The translations under genes were made by a program, and so were the position numbers. The notes beneath the pieces are model-generated. The model searched no databases. It had not been told where the DNA came from and was given only the letters and a program-made list of their open reading frames with translations. From contig CM052847.1 in assembly GCA_028534125.1 (NCBI GenBank), positions 22,816,001 through 22,880,000 on the forward strand: DNA of 64,000 bases, read 5' to 3'. Source of the stretch: Lama glama (Eukaryota). Positions 50,543 to 63,999 of the stretch are shown piece after piece. Numbering within the stretch: the first letter of the stretch is position 1; each line of letters opens with the position of its first letter.

Positions 50543-53500
50543 GTAACGGCCCTCTCTCCCCTGGCGCCAGCGCTGCCCTGTCGGGGGGGAGGGGGTGGCG
50601 GACCACCCCATACGGACATGCGCATCTGAGGTCCTCCCGGAGGTGCGGTCAGGTCCTCCCCGCGGGCGGCGGCACCGAGCGGTCAGCGCTGCCCTCGGCC
50701 CACGTGCTTGGACACCCCCTCCCCAGGTGCCACTCCGCGGGCGCATGTTCGGACGTGCGTGGAGCATCTCAGCACAGCAAGGGGGAGGGTGTCCACCTGA
50801 CGGGAGCCCCAGGCCGGGTGGTGGGTGGGGGTGGGGCGGGTCATCGCTCAGCCCCTCCCACCACGTGGCCGCCTGCAGCCCCGGACACACGAGGGCTGAG
50901 CGCCTTCGGTTCTGCATGCGTCCCCTCACCACCTGTGCCCGGGAAGCAGAGCAGAGCCATCAGAGGGCTTGGCGGGGACTCCCCCACCCCGACCCCGCCC
51001 ACAGGGGCCTTGCTCTGCGTCTTCCCGGGCTACAGGCAGGTAAAACTTCAGCCCACTGTGAACAGGGATCCGAATTCTCATAGAAAACTCGCAAATGGCT
51101 GCAGGACAAATAGGGCCACTTCCATCCCTGGAGTGATGGCTCCTGGCCTAACGAGGCTGAACCAGAGGGCCGACGTGTGTATCAGAGGGACCAGCCGTGG
51201 TCCTCAGCTGACTTCGTGCTTCAGAGGAAGCACGTCCCTCCTCCGCAGAGCCTCGTCTCTGCGTAAAGTGGGAAGAGCAGCAGGCAGCCTCCGGTGGCAC
51301 TGGGTTTCCAAAGGAGCTCCAGCTCCCTAGGAGAGCTTGGTCAATTAACACTACAGAACTTACATTTCATTGTCTCAGGGTCTTGACAAAACCTGCGCGA
51401 TGTGGGGAACTGTTAAAAAGAGCATCACTGATGGACGTCGAAGTCCACCTAAAACACATGGTCCACATCACATCCCTGGCTGAGGAGAATTCCAGACTGC
51501 TTTGGAGGGGACGCTGTGATGCCCATGGCTCCAGGCAGGCTAGGAGTTCCCCCGAACCCGCCCGGGAACTGACCCACTCACCTAGTTCTGGTCGCCAGTC
51601 TGGCGGCCAGGTGGGTGGTGTGGAGGGAGGGAGCCCACCAGGCAGGAGGTTCTCTCTGCTCCCTCCCGTCTCCCCCTGATCTGTCCTCCCTGGACAAGCC
51701 CAGCATCTTACCTCTCCTCCAGGCCCCTCTGCACTGAAACTGCAGGAACGTCCTCACCCACACCTCCTGCTCCTGCACCGAAGCTCAAAGCTCGAAGCTC
51801 GCAGCCTCGGGGTCGCTGGCTCGCAGGGAGTGGTTGATGCGCTGATGGTGAGAGGGGTGGGGAGGGCTGCCAGCAGCTTCCTCCAAGGGCGTGGACGCGT
51901 CTCCCTGATCTAGCCCTGCAGAATGCACTCCAAAGCAGGACGGAGACACTGCTACCATTTTTAGGTGAAAACACATATGTTACGCTAATGATTCAGGACC
52001 ACAAGCACCTCTAACGTGCATTTCTGTGCAAAGGCTCTGCAGAGCGACTATCTGATGATGGATGTGTTCATCTGTTTCCTGTCCGGTCTAGAAACAAAAA
52101 TTCAACCAAGGGTTAAGTATTAATTCAAAAGCAAGCACCCTGCGCACACAAATGCACAGGAAGTACGCAGCTCCAGAACTGACACCGCTCCAGGCTCCGC
52201 AAGGAGAGCGCGGCCCTAGGATCCGAGGATGTGGAAGTCGCGGTCCCTCTCCGTGGGACACGTGCCATAAATACACCTATACCCCCGGAACCCGCCCCCG
52301 GGCAGCTAAACCCACTCGGCTGCGAGAGCTGGTTATTTTCAGGCAATTCTTAAGTCAGTTGTCAAACACAGTCGTTATTAAAAATTAAATTACATAAACT
52401 CACAACTAAATAGGTTACATTAAACAAAAGCAACAAGTATTCCAAACTAAGCACTTCTGTTTTACCACAACTGTTAAGAACTGCTCCTGAAATCATTCAC
52501 ACCCACCATGTCCGCCTGTGGAGACACCACCAGACGTGGGGCCCGCGCGTCCCACCACATCAGTGCTCGGGGGGCGTGGCCGCTTGGGGTCCACCGCAGG
52601 GATGGCCCTCACCCCGGAGAAATGGGCAAGAGCTGCAAACCAGCGTCCTTGCTGTGGACGAGGCACGTCAGGGACAAGATTATCGTCGATGACAGAACGT
52701 GGGAGATGCCAGGGCGCGGGCCCCGGGCATGATGCTCCAGCCGCCCCGTCTGACCAGGCGTCCATACACCACGTCTCTGCACCCGGGCCAGCAAACATGA
52801 ACGACGGCATGACAACCAGAAATCACGAAGGCCAGCGAGCCTTCCGGTGCCCACGTGGACGACTCGTGGAAGGTGAAAACGAGGTCCTTGTCCACACTCC
52901 CCAGCTGTCGTCCTCCTCAGGAGTGAGAGCTAATCGTTACTCGTGCTGCCCATAATTTTAGGGATGTGTCCATAACCAGCTGTGACTGATTCCTTCTTCT
53001 CCCAAACGCAGCTTGGAGCCCACGGCCACATGCCCGTCGGAACTTAGAACCCCCAGTGATAGAGGTGGTTTTGTCAGAGCGGCCTCAGAAGAGAAAGGTC
53101 TGACTTCTCATTACCTGCTTTGTGAGATTTTTATGAATTCAAATAAAAATAAGTGAACACACTGCATCTTTAATTAAGGTGGAGAAAGTCCATGCGCTGG
53201 AGAAACTTGTCATTCTCTTTGCAAACCCCACTTTGGTGTCAATGAAAGCTGAACTCGGCCAGTTAGAATAACAGTTCTCAGCAACCAACCCGGCTGCATT
53301 ATTTCCCGGCTGCATTATTTCCCGCCTCCAGCTTGAAAGTATCACTTTTTGGGTCAGTAACACCTGAATAATAATATAAATATAGCCATAACCAGCATTC
53401 TCCCGGGCATGGAATTCCATGAGGAATGACTGAGCTCACTTTACAAAGTCACTGGTGAGGGAGGTTTGCAGCAAAACGTGTCACAGAAAGTCTGAAACGC

Positions 53501-55611
53501 TTCCAGTGGTTTGAAACGAGCCATAAAACATGGGAAGCTTCCTGGAGTCCGTCACGGGGTGACTTTTCACCTTCCCGTGAATGCTACCTACCGTCTCCTC
53601 GGCCCTCTCTCTTTTGGGGACTTTCTTCAGCCCTAAAGCACCAGTCGCCTAGTCTGCGGGGCGACGTGGGGGGCGGGGGCGGGTTTTGGGTGGTCCCGGT
53701 TCCGAAGAGGGTGAGAATCTTACCGGAAGGTCGGTGTCAGAACCTTTCTCAGGAGACCTTACACTTCCTAGGAACCACCTGACAGCTAGTTTCTCCCATC
53801 TGAGGAGGGCAGCCCCGTGCAGAGACCAGAGAGGCAGCTTTCCTCCCTGTCAGGGGCCTCCCTCACCGTCCTGTGAGCCTAGGGTCACCCACTGCCTGCT
53901 TGGCGAGAGCAGCGGGTTCCCGTGACACTCACCACACTCTCAAACACGGACATGGAGTGGCCATGGGTGGGGGGCTCATGGGGACCAGCCCTGAGGCAGT
54001 GGGCTGCAGTCCAGCTGTGTGCCCTGACTCAGGATCCGTAACCTGAGTGGCCCCACACTCCTCCATGTGCAGTGCGGGGTCCCCTCCCTCAGGTGGCATC
54101 TGTACATGGCCCAGGCCCAGCAGAATGGCCGATGGGACAGGGGACGTCCTGCTCTGTGGGGAACGCGCGAGGCTGGACAGAGGGGACTCAGGCAGGCTTG
54201 ACTGTGAAGACACACAGAGTCCAGCAGGGCTGTCAAGGACAGGGCGGTGGAGGGTAGCCACACTGGACAATTAGCAGAACTCACCCAGGCCGAGTGGCTG
54301 GAAAGGACCCGACCCAGGACCCAAGAGCCTGGACGGGGCCGCACTTGCAGCTAGAAACTCTGCACAGCGTTCTCAGAAGCCCAGCCGTCAAGGCGGCTGT
54401 CCCAGGGAAGGGCCACCGCGTTACCTGAAGGTCATTATCGCCAAACACCCTTCAACGGCGTGGGAACCGGGACTCAGGCTGCCAGGCCAGGCCTGCTCCC
54501 CCAGGTCGCAAAGCTGACGGACTCGGCGAGCACAGCACGTCCCCAGGTTCCTGAGTGATGTCACATTCAGCAATGTCTGAAGGTGACACCCGGGTGTCAC
54601 TGTGCTCTGGAGGGTGGAGACGTTTGACCCGCTCCCAAAGCCAGAACACCCAACACGGCGGAGCAGACGTTGGCTGGACACCCCGGTCACGTGGGAGCTC
54701 CCTCCCCCAGCGGAGGGACCCCAAAGCCTGACGCAGGGACACGCCAGCTACACTGTCTCTCCTTTAACACAGTTTTGATGTTGACACAACAGAAACAAAA
54801 CCTGATTTCTTTGGCTTGGAACAGTCACTGGATTTCCCAGGGAAATTCTTGGGCCGCGAAAGTGTTTTGAAAGTTAGATTTTTGGCTGAAAAGAAATTTT
54901 ACTTAAAGGCTTAGAGCAAAATGCCATCTTGCAGATAAACGCTGGTTCAGATCTCCAGGTGGAAGGCCCAAGCCCTCGGGGGAGGGCCACTCATGCCAAA
55001 ACCAGAACCAAGCTGCAGCCTCTGCATCTCCATGGCCACCATGATCCTAAGTCCACCAGAGGACGGACTTCTTGTGCGTCCAGGTGATTGGGAAGGTGTG
55101 ATGGGACTGTCTGATCATACCTGCTGCTGGGAATCAGCCGCGGGGCGTGGCATCTCGCCTTAGAAGGTCTTCCCATTAAGACACGAAACACGGCAGAGAA
55201 ACAGTAGGAGATGTGGAACATGGGAAAGACGGCCAGCAGGTGCCCAGGGAGGACAGCAGGGGCCTGGGGCTGTCTGCGCCCCTCTTTCCCCCAGACGCAC
55301 GCTCTGCCTGTGGTCGGACCCTGCTGCTCAGAGCAGTTTCCCTGCCGTCTGTTACCGAACGCCGTCACCATGGCCCAGTTTAAAGCAAGTGCACTCTAAC
55401 GCGGGGCAGCACTGTGGGGACACTTCCCGCCACCGGGCACCTGGGCGTTTCCAGGTGACTGCTCTGTGAGTCACGGTCCCTGTGACACCTTTGTTCAGAA
55501 GCTTGTTTCCAAACCTCCAAGGAGGTACTCAGGACAGTCTTCCCCGGTGGAGTCGCGGAGCCCACGGCACACGGTGAACAGCGAGGTCCCCCCGTGGGCC
55601 CCAGCAGCTGG

Positions 55612-55995
55612 CCTGGGCTGAACGGTGGCCCCCAAAAACGTCCTTGTCTCCAAGCCCAGAGGCAGTGAGCCTGAACTCGCAGCGCTGACACGGCTACGGA
55701 TGGCGAGAGGAAGTGTTCCTCCAGGACTGCTCAGGTGGGCTTGGAATGCCATTACCGACTTCTTACGAGAGGGGCGCTGAGGACAGACGCAGAGCAGACG
55801 CCCAGAGGCGGCCACGGAGGTGGGGCGCAGCCCAGAGAGATGTGTTCACAGCCACGGAATGCCGGGGGGAGAGCCTGGGGCCTGCCAACACCCCCGCTGA
55901 AGGCTGCCATCTCCGGCGCTGTGGGCAGGGAAGTCCGCTGTTTTGAGCCACCCTGTCTGTGGTGCTTTTCTACAGCAGCCCTGGGAACTGACACA
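55612..55995 (+). mobile_element. MLT1 (ERVL-MaLR) solo LTR
   Basis: Begins gggctgaacggtggcccccaaaa and ends gctgttttgagccaccctgtctgtggtgcttttctacagcagccctgggaactgacaca, which match MLT1 termini. Confidence 0.85.
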
Positions 55996-58900
55996 ACGAG
56001 GACGAGGTACTGCTGCCTGGCCCGGCTCAGGCGGCCCTGGGGAAGTTACAGAGCCAGAGAGCGGCCCCGTGAAACCTGTTCCTGAGATGCCGCCACTGAA
56101 GCCAGGCTGACGCGGACTGAGTGAAACTGCAGAACGTGGGCTGCTTCGCACGGCAATGAAAACGGACCTTCAAAACCACACGTCAGCTTGGCCTGCTCAC
56201 AAAAGCGTGGTCTGATTTTCCTTCTGCTAAAAGAGATGAAACAGACCAGCCCCGCGCCTCCAGAGCTAAGACCAGGTGACGAGTGTCCCCGTGAGGCCGT
56301 GCTCCCGTGGGCACGGCCAGGTGTTCTGCTGTAAGCAGCAGCTCTGAACTCTTGCCAACAGGCACGCGCCGGCCCCCAGAGAGGACGGGGAGCCAGAGCG
56401 GGTTCTGGCTCTCACCTCAGAATCCAGAGCCGAGTGCATATAAAACTCTAAATCTCCTGGAACTAATGTCCCTTTAGATATGGTTTCTAATTTTAAGTGC
56501 CCGAGCTTGATTATTGATTGCAGTGTGTCTTTAAATGAACAGATGAAAACTTTCTCCATGAAAATAAACCGTAAAGGGTGAGGCTGTCTCTGGGGAACCA
56601 GGCCCGTCCTGGACCCGGGCTGGGAGAGCCCTCCCTGAGTGTGGGGCCTGCGCCTCCACGCCTCCTGAGGCGGGCCCTTCGTCTCTGTGGCCCCAGACCC
56701 CACCTCCGCGGGGAACCCAACAAGCCCCTCCCCAGGTGGCTGGCAGCCAGATGATTTACCTGAAACTGGGGGGAGGGTGTTCACTCCCCAAGTCTCAAAC
56801 TGTAGGTCCTTTTAAAACAACAGCTCTTGCTAAACGCTCGCAGCTTGGTTCAAGGCCCACGGCTCTGCCTCCACGTGATCCCAGTGATGACCCAGGAATG
56901 CTTACCCAACGTAAACACAGCAACAGCGAGCACTGCCACCTCTGCTCCTGCCACCTCTGTGACTCCTGCAACGACACCGTGGGGCCGACAGAGCTCTGAG
57001 GCGGCAGCGACCCCCCCGCCTAGCCCCCGGACGCCGCAGGGGGCTGGGAAGCACCATCTCTGCAAAACCAACTAGTAGTTAGGAGCCCAGAGGACATCAC
57101 GGACGTTGACGGAAAACAGAAGGGAGGGCCAAGTGACAAGGAGAGACAGGCCTGGTTTTCTGGACGCCAGAATCTGTGCTATCCGCTTCGCCCCGGCTTG
57201 TATTCGAGCGGCTGGGTGCACCCAGACCTGCACCCCTACCAGCAGCAGGCGGTTCCCAAGGCCCCCAGACGAGCCGGGGTGCACAGTGCTGGGAGCCCCA
57301 GCAGCACCTCGAAGCCCAACTCGCCCAGCCCTTCGGCCCTGAGCGCAGCCTGGGGCCTCCCCAATGGGGGCGGCTGTGCGTCCAGACCACAGGCCAGCCT
57401 GCCCACAGACGGAGAGGGGTTGAAAGGAGGCTCCTCTGAGATGCTTGGCGCCCGCGGTGCTGACCTCACCGTCATGCTGGGACCGCGGCTCCCGGCCGCG
57501 CCGCAGGGTGAACACAGCAGACTGGGGCCCCTGCGCCCACACCAGTGACCGCCGCTCCCAACTCACGCCCCAGGGCGGGGGGTGCCGGTCAGGGCAGGGC
57601 CCATCCCGGGACAGCCCCCTCGGCGCACCTCCCCCAGCAGCTCTCCCTCACTTACGCTGGTATTTCAGTGACTGACGAACAAAAATACATTTACTTAGGG
57701 ATTATCTATATTGCAAACCAGACACGGGACTTTTCTCTGTCAACATGGCAGTGATACCGGCTGTTTGAACAAAAGGAGAGGCGTTTCTCCCTTCAGTCCT
57801 GAGTGCTGCAAACCCTCCGGTTTACATTCAGGGAGGCAGCGGCTTTATTGATGGTCTTAGCTGAGTAACTTAAACCCCTACAGCCAGGCAAGGAGAGGGC
57901 TGATTGTCCCTTTATTGGAAAGGTTATTAGGAGGAAACCAGCTACGGAACGTGTTTATCTTTAGACGGTCCCGCAGAATCAGAGCCACTCAAGTGCATTC
58001 CAGAAGTTCTGTTCAGAGCCAGCCCATGAGTGGCCAGAAGCCCAGGAACTTCCCCCCGGACAGTAACGCATCGTTCGAGACGGCTTGTTTCAGGAACGGG
58101 CTTTGCTGTCGATGGGAGAGACGTCCACTTCCCTGCTGCGCACTGACGAGAAACGTTCAAACGCCACTGTCTGAGACACAACAGACGCCCCAGAACCCAC
58201 AGCCGTAGCTGCAAACCTGCCACGTCCGGGCCCTTCACGGCCGGAAAAGCCGCCCTCACCAGCACGTCCAATCCCAGCACGGCCCACGCTGGGGTCGCAA
58301 ACAGTGGAACCTGAAAACCAAGACCTTGCAACACAGACTCGCTGACCTGGTTCTTCCCCGGCCAGCCTGCCCCGCCTCTTCGCACAAGGAGGGGGGCGTC
58401 CAGAGTGCTGAACGCGGGTAACCGTCCCCTCGTTCTGGTCTGAGCTCGGCACTGCCTGCAGATACTGGGCTAAGGTTTCAGCGAAGGAGCCGATCCCCCA
58501 GCCACCACTCAGAACCATGAGTTCAGTCCTTCCCAGGAGGGGTGCACACGCCTGGGCCTTGTCAGGGTTCTCAAGCTACCAGTGGGGAGCAAGGGAGAAG
58601 CTGCCCGGGGCCCGGGCTGGCCTGTGGGGTCACACGGAGGTCGGGGCGGGAACGGCGTCGCCAAGCAGAGGGGTCTCCGCAGTCGGCTGTAAGGCCTGTG
58701 CTGCTTCCACAAATGTCCCGTCCAAACCCGACGCTCCCTCGGGTGGGCCCTCTCCTTGGACCCTGGGGACAGCCTTCACTCCTGAGAGGCAGGCCCAGAC
58801 TCTGACAGGAAATGACCAGTTATTTTTTTAAGTGAAGTTATGCAAATCTGGTAAGACTAAAGTAAACGTTTCATAAAACCAATGACGGCTTAAATTGTAG

Positions 58901-60053
58901 GACTAAACTGTTTGTATATAAATATTACCTTTTATATTCCACTTGCGCTTTATGTGGGTGAGCACATTACTTTAATGACCTGCACTTACGGGGGGGAAGC
59001 GCGCTCCACCCTCGCCAGCCAGATGGCTGCCTCTTCTTGCATGAGATTAAAAGATGTTTCTCATTCACCTCGATGCTTCTGAGGCAAATTAATATCGCCA
59101 GCTAAATTGCTTGTGTTTTTGGAATAAAATTTAAAGAGAACTTTTTAAGGCAATTGGTGTCACAGGTTCTGAGAGCAGATTGCTCTCCAGGTAGGGTCTG
59201 CTGGCTCCAGCATTCGGTAATTAATGGGAAGAATTCTGTGCTAATTGACTGCTTCAGGAGAGGGAACCATAATGACTCCTTATTAATCATGAAAAGAAAC
59301 GTGCGGCGTGGAGGCCCCACAACCGTGGCTCTAACAGTGGAGAAATGTCAGTTAATGAGAAGAACAATGATGTACGAAATCAGCTGCACAGCGCCCGTTA
59401 CCAATGGGGGCTGGGCTTCAAGCACCTCATTCCAAGGGGAAACCACATAACTGGTCATTTCCTGTCAGAGTCTGGGCCTGCCTTAAATAACATACTCGTA
59501 TCACCCAAATTTAGGGGGAACCTTACAGTGTGAGGGCGTCTCTGCAGGCAGAAGCGAACTCACCCAGAGCTGTATTTGCTTCCAAGAAGACAGCCCTGTC
59601 CTCCGATCTGGGCTCTCATCATCCCCAGGTCAACTCAGCGGGTCCCTCTGATGCTGAGTCTGACAAAGGGAGGGGAACAGGGTGTTTTTCCCTAAACTGA
59701 AATCAGTTCAATTTCTGGTACTTCCCAGCCAACAGGAAGGAAAGCTCAGGTCTGCTGTGGGGACAAAGCGCCTTTTTAAAAAATCTGATTTTAAGTCCCC
59801 AAGGGAATATTTAACTCCATCCAATAACACGTTTTCCAGAAAAGGGAGCCACGTGTATTCACGTGCAAAGCCGCCGTCAGCCCAGCCCCCCGACGGCACT
59901 CAGGGTCACTAGCGGCCACAACGCCAAAGCCGTGGCCACCCTGCAGGCCAGCAACACAACGGGGAGGGTGACACCTGAGGACGACAGGGTGGACGGAAGA
60001 GAGGCCGCCCCTCTGCCCTCCCCAGCCCGGCCGTTGACCCCCTCTCCCCGCAG

Positions 60054-60235
60054 GTGGAACGTGCTGGGTGTGCAGGGCGCGCTGCTCTGCCACTTCATCG
60101 AGCCCGTGTACCTGCACAGCATCGTGGTGGGGAGTCTGCGCCACACCGGCCACCTCGCCCGGGTGATGGGCCGCCGGCCCGAGGACGTCGGCCAGCTGCC
60201 CACCTCGTACCGGCACAACCGGCCCCTGCTCAGTG
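60054..60235 (+). CDS. ADARB2: ADARB2 exon 8 (182 nt): (R)[60 protein letters not shown](G)
   Basis: Acceptor ttgaccccctctccccgcag|G and donor AGTG|gtaagc. Contains the WNVLG.QG.LL ADAR motif. Phase 2 to 1. Confidence 0.97.
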
Positions 60236-63169
60236 GTAAGCACTGTCCTCGTGGACACAGCCCCCCCCCCGGCAGGCCCGGCCAGGCTGGCCAACAGCAT
60301 GTAAGGCGCAGGGAGCCATGGGGCAGAGCAGCCCTGCACAGAGGGGCAGAGAACACCCGAGTTAACACGCACCGGACGAGCAGATGGCATGGTGTCACTT
60401 TGCAATAAACAGTCACTGTGCCACGAACACGCACACGCCCAGCAGGGCCACCCCCACCCCGTGCCGCCCGTGGGGCCTTCCTGGTGGAGGGCAAGGGGGC
60501 AGACACGGGGCCACAGCCACCCACCCAGGTCCCTGTGCCAGCACTGATCCGGGAGCAAACTCCTGAGCGTCCTCCCTGCCCCCGCCATGCGACGGGGCTG
60601 GACAGCCACCCCCAGGCAGCGGGCCAGCCCACACACAGCCCAGCAGCTGTGAGGCCCAGGAGTCTGTGGCCACGCATCGCTCTGGAGGCCGCAGCATTCT
60701 AGGCTCGCTGGGAGGGGCGGTTTGCGGAGGTCACTCCCACCCACTGTGGCCGCGACCTTCCACACTGAGGAGCCTTTCCTGTTCCCGGGAACTGAGCTGC
60801 AGCCAAAGGGAGGAGGAGGGGGATTTTAGTGACTCCCCGTACCCCGGGCCCAGGGCCTGGAGGAAGACACACAGCTCTGAGGCAGTGCCTGCTCCCTGGA
60901 GGGGCCGTCGTGGCCAGTGAGCAGGGGGCGGGGGATGGGTGTGTTGGGAGGGACTGGCCGGTTCGGGCCTCAGACGGATCCTCTGAGAGAGGACAGGAAG
61001 AGAAAAGAGCTGTTCGAGGGGTGTGGTGTCGACTCAGGCCTGAGCGTTACTACCAGGATCCTGAAATTGTTCTGAACTAGATCGGGGGCCATGATGTACT
61101 GGGGGACAGCGGGCGGCGGGTGAGAACCAAAGGACAGACTTGACAAAGAGCACCTCACGGCTAACCAGTCCCAACCACACACGTCTGCCTGAGTCCTGCC
61201 GTGGAGACAGCACCAGACCCGAAGGTCCAGACGAGGCCAAAGAGGCCCCCCCAGCTTGGGGCTGCGCGATGGCCCAGTGCCTGTTTCATGCCTGCGTCCC
61301 GGGCTTTCTTGACACGGGAGACCCTCCCTGCGCAAAGGGGCCGCCTTTCTCATGGCTCTCGGTAGGTGGGAATCGGTGAGAATGGTGACTGATAAAAAAT
61401 CTGTGCTCTCAGTACTCATCTTTTAGAAAGACGTAAGTGAACGAGGAGGTGACTGAGGGCTGCCGCACCGGGCTGGCGGCCTGGGCATCGGAGCTTCCAA
61501 CCTCAAGGCGCAGTGTTTCCTCTTCTCCATCAGGAGAATGAATCACGACAGGGAGGAAATCTGGACGGGACAGATAAACCCGCCCTTCGCGCTAACGGCG
61601 TTTCCCAGATGTTTTCAGCGCTGAACACCCTCAGTCCACGTGGAAGATAGACTCACAACGAGTTTGCAGCCCAGGGCAAGGTCTCGGCAGTGGAAATGGA
61701 ACCTGAGAGATGGACCAGGAAATGGATGTCAGAACCTTGAGTTAAGACTCTCGGTTTACATTCGTGATGAAAAGTACAGGACTGGTGACAGAGAAGAGAG
61801 TCGGCTGTCTTGCTTCACGGTGTGTTTTTTCCTGAAATAGTGAAAATAACAAGCTGGCGTTTCAGGGCCCATTTCCCACTTCCATGTTTGCTAAGCACTT
61901 GAATTTGCCGGAAAGAAGTTTGATGTTTATTGAAATGTCCACCAACAGTCGCCTGTAAATTTTGCCCCAAACCACTGACGTGTCACACTCTAGCCACGTC
62001 TCTGCAGGGACGGCAGGGCAAGGAGATCTGCGGCCACCGTCATCCACGTTTCTGTGCGCCTTTAAATTTCTAAAATGTTGTCCAGCTCAGCTGCAGAATC
62101 TGATGTGGAGTCAGGACTCCAGCTCGGGAGAAACTTCTGCAATTGATTATCATTAATGGTGCCCTGCAACACAACCCAGTGCGGGTGGCAGCAGAGATTT
62201 TCTTTTATGCCAGTGGACAGTAGTCTGTATGTTACACACACGGCATTATAAACTATAAACGTTTCATAAATGTTTCAGACAAAGCACCATGAGCTTCAAA
62301 AAAATGCCTGAGCGGAGGCCTCTGTCCTAGGCCATGAGAGGCGGGAGTTTATTGTCCGGTGTCCTTGCAGGAATTTCTGGTAGAAAACAAAATCCCTATA
62401 GATCTTGCTAGAATAATCTAAAAGTAACCGTAATATCTCTGCATGCAGATCAAAAAAGTCAGGCTTAACAAAGAAACACCTAATGACATGTTTCCGTGCA
62501 CCACCGCACACATCCCTGCGCAAATCAGGCGGCCCGTAGCTTAGGGTAAATTTAAAATTACAGGAAATCTTACTGTGGTATTCTGGGGAGTTCTTTTAAA
62601 AACTGCGTTTATTAGTTAAGTTTCACTTAATTTCTACCACGACTGTAAGGAACAGTTTCACAGAACTGAACACCAAACCTGATGATGTTCCTCCTGAGAG
62701 CTTTGCCTGTGAAGGAAAACACTCCTGCTGTCAACACACTTACTTTGTCCAAACATTAAGACGCTGACCACAATCCCTGCATGCCTTTAATCACTCAGCA
62801 GGTACATGCTGATCACTTAAGACGCTCCAGGCGCAGTTCGGCACTCGGACTAGGGCAGTGAGCCAAACGACTGAAAACCCACGCCCGAGGCAGACGCCTT
62901 CTAGTGGGGAGAAGGCGAAGAAAATACAAATGCTTGACAGAAAATTAAAGTGAAGGGGTTAGAAAGTGGCCTGCAACTGTAAGTCAGAGGGCCCAGGTGA
63001 CACCTGAGGACACCCTGAGGATGCAGGGGTGGAAAGAGAAGAGGTGGAAGGTGGACCTTGGAGGAGCTTTCAGGGCAGTTTCAGGCAGCAGTGGGGCGGC
63101 CACTGCAGTGCACGGAGAAGTCAGTCAGGATGAATCGGGACCCAGTGAGCCCAGCTTGTAATGATCTCA

Positions 63170-63588
63170 TTCCTGAATTCAGATTAAGATGATCCTACCA
63201 GAAGTCAGGTCAAAATAATCCTACAGAAAAGGTGCACGTACAGTAAGCACCAGCACAGAATAAAAAACTGGTGCCGGCGGAGACAGACCCGGCAGGAACC
63301 ACAGACGGTGAAGGCAGCCCCTGGCCCCAGAGGCTGCAGTTCTCAGACACAGACGTTCATCTAACTGTGCCCAACAGGGTAAAAGAGATTGAAAGCCCAA
63401 GACGGAAAATTGGGAGAGGGGGGGAGCCAGAAAAAGGGCCCGATGGGAATTTCAGAAATAAAGGTAATAAAACATTTTGTGTAACAAAGGCTGGGCTTAG
63501 AGGCAAACTAACACAGCCGAGGAGAGAATTAGCATGTTGGGACATTATTCTGAAGAGAACACCCAGAACGAGCACAGAGACAGAGACA
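63170..63588 (+). mobile_element. Ancient LINE-1 ORF1-region fragment, sense
   Basis: gggaatttcagaaataaagg...gggcttagaggcaaactaacacagccgaggagagaattagcatgttggga...cccagaacgagcacagagac resembles the ORF1 coiled-coil-coding region. Confidence 0.6.
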
Positions 63589-63589
63589 G

Positions 63590-63999
63590 GGAGTCTCAGT
63601 CGAGGTTCTCCAGAGCTCAGGACCAACAGGCCAGACTCAGCTTCCTGCTAGCAAAGAGAGGCCTGTCTCGGAGAACTGGCTCACACCACTGCGGGGCTGT
63701 CAGGTCTGAGATCTGCAGGCCAGGCCGGCCTTCCAGGCACACGCTGCTACTGCAGCCACACCCAAAGGCCACCTGGAGGCAGAATTCCTTCCTCTCGAGG
63801 GACCTCGATCTTGGCTCCTAGGGTCGTCAACTGATTAGACGAGGCCTACCGCACAGCGGAGGGTCTTTGCTTTTCTCAAAGTCTGCTGATCGAAGTGTCA
63901 GCCCATCAAAACTACCTTCATGGCAGCACGTGGGTGGTGTCTGACCAAGCAGCGGGCACCACAGCCTAGCCAAGTTGATACACAAAGTTGACCACTGCA
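63590..63999 (-). mobile_element. MLT2 (ERVL) LTR
   Basis: ggttctccagag...gaactggctcacac...tcaactgattagacgaggcctacc...agcctagccaagttgatacacaaagttgaccactgca matches the MLT2 reverse strand. Confidence 0.85.

Noticed and set aside
28556-60235. Alternative assignment to ADARB1 (ADAR2) or a pseudogene
   Set aside because: Diagnostic residues are ADAR3-type; the frame and splice sites are intact and introns are present.
59791-60765. 324-aa antisense ORF over exon 8
   Set aside because: A shadow frame of a high-GC3 exon with no independent evidence.
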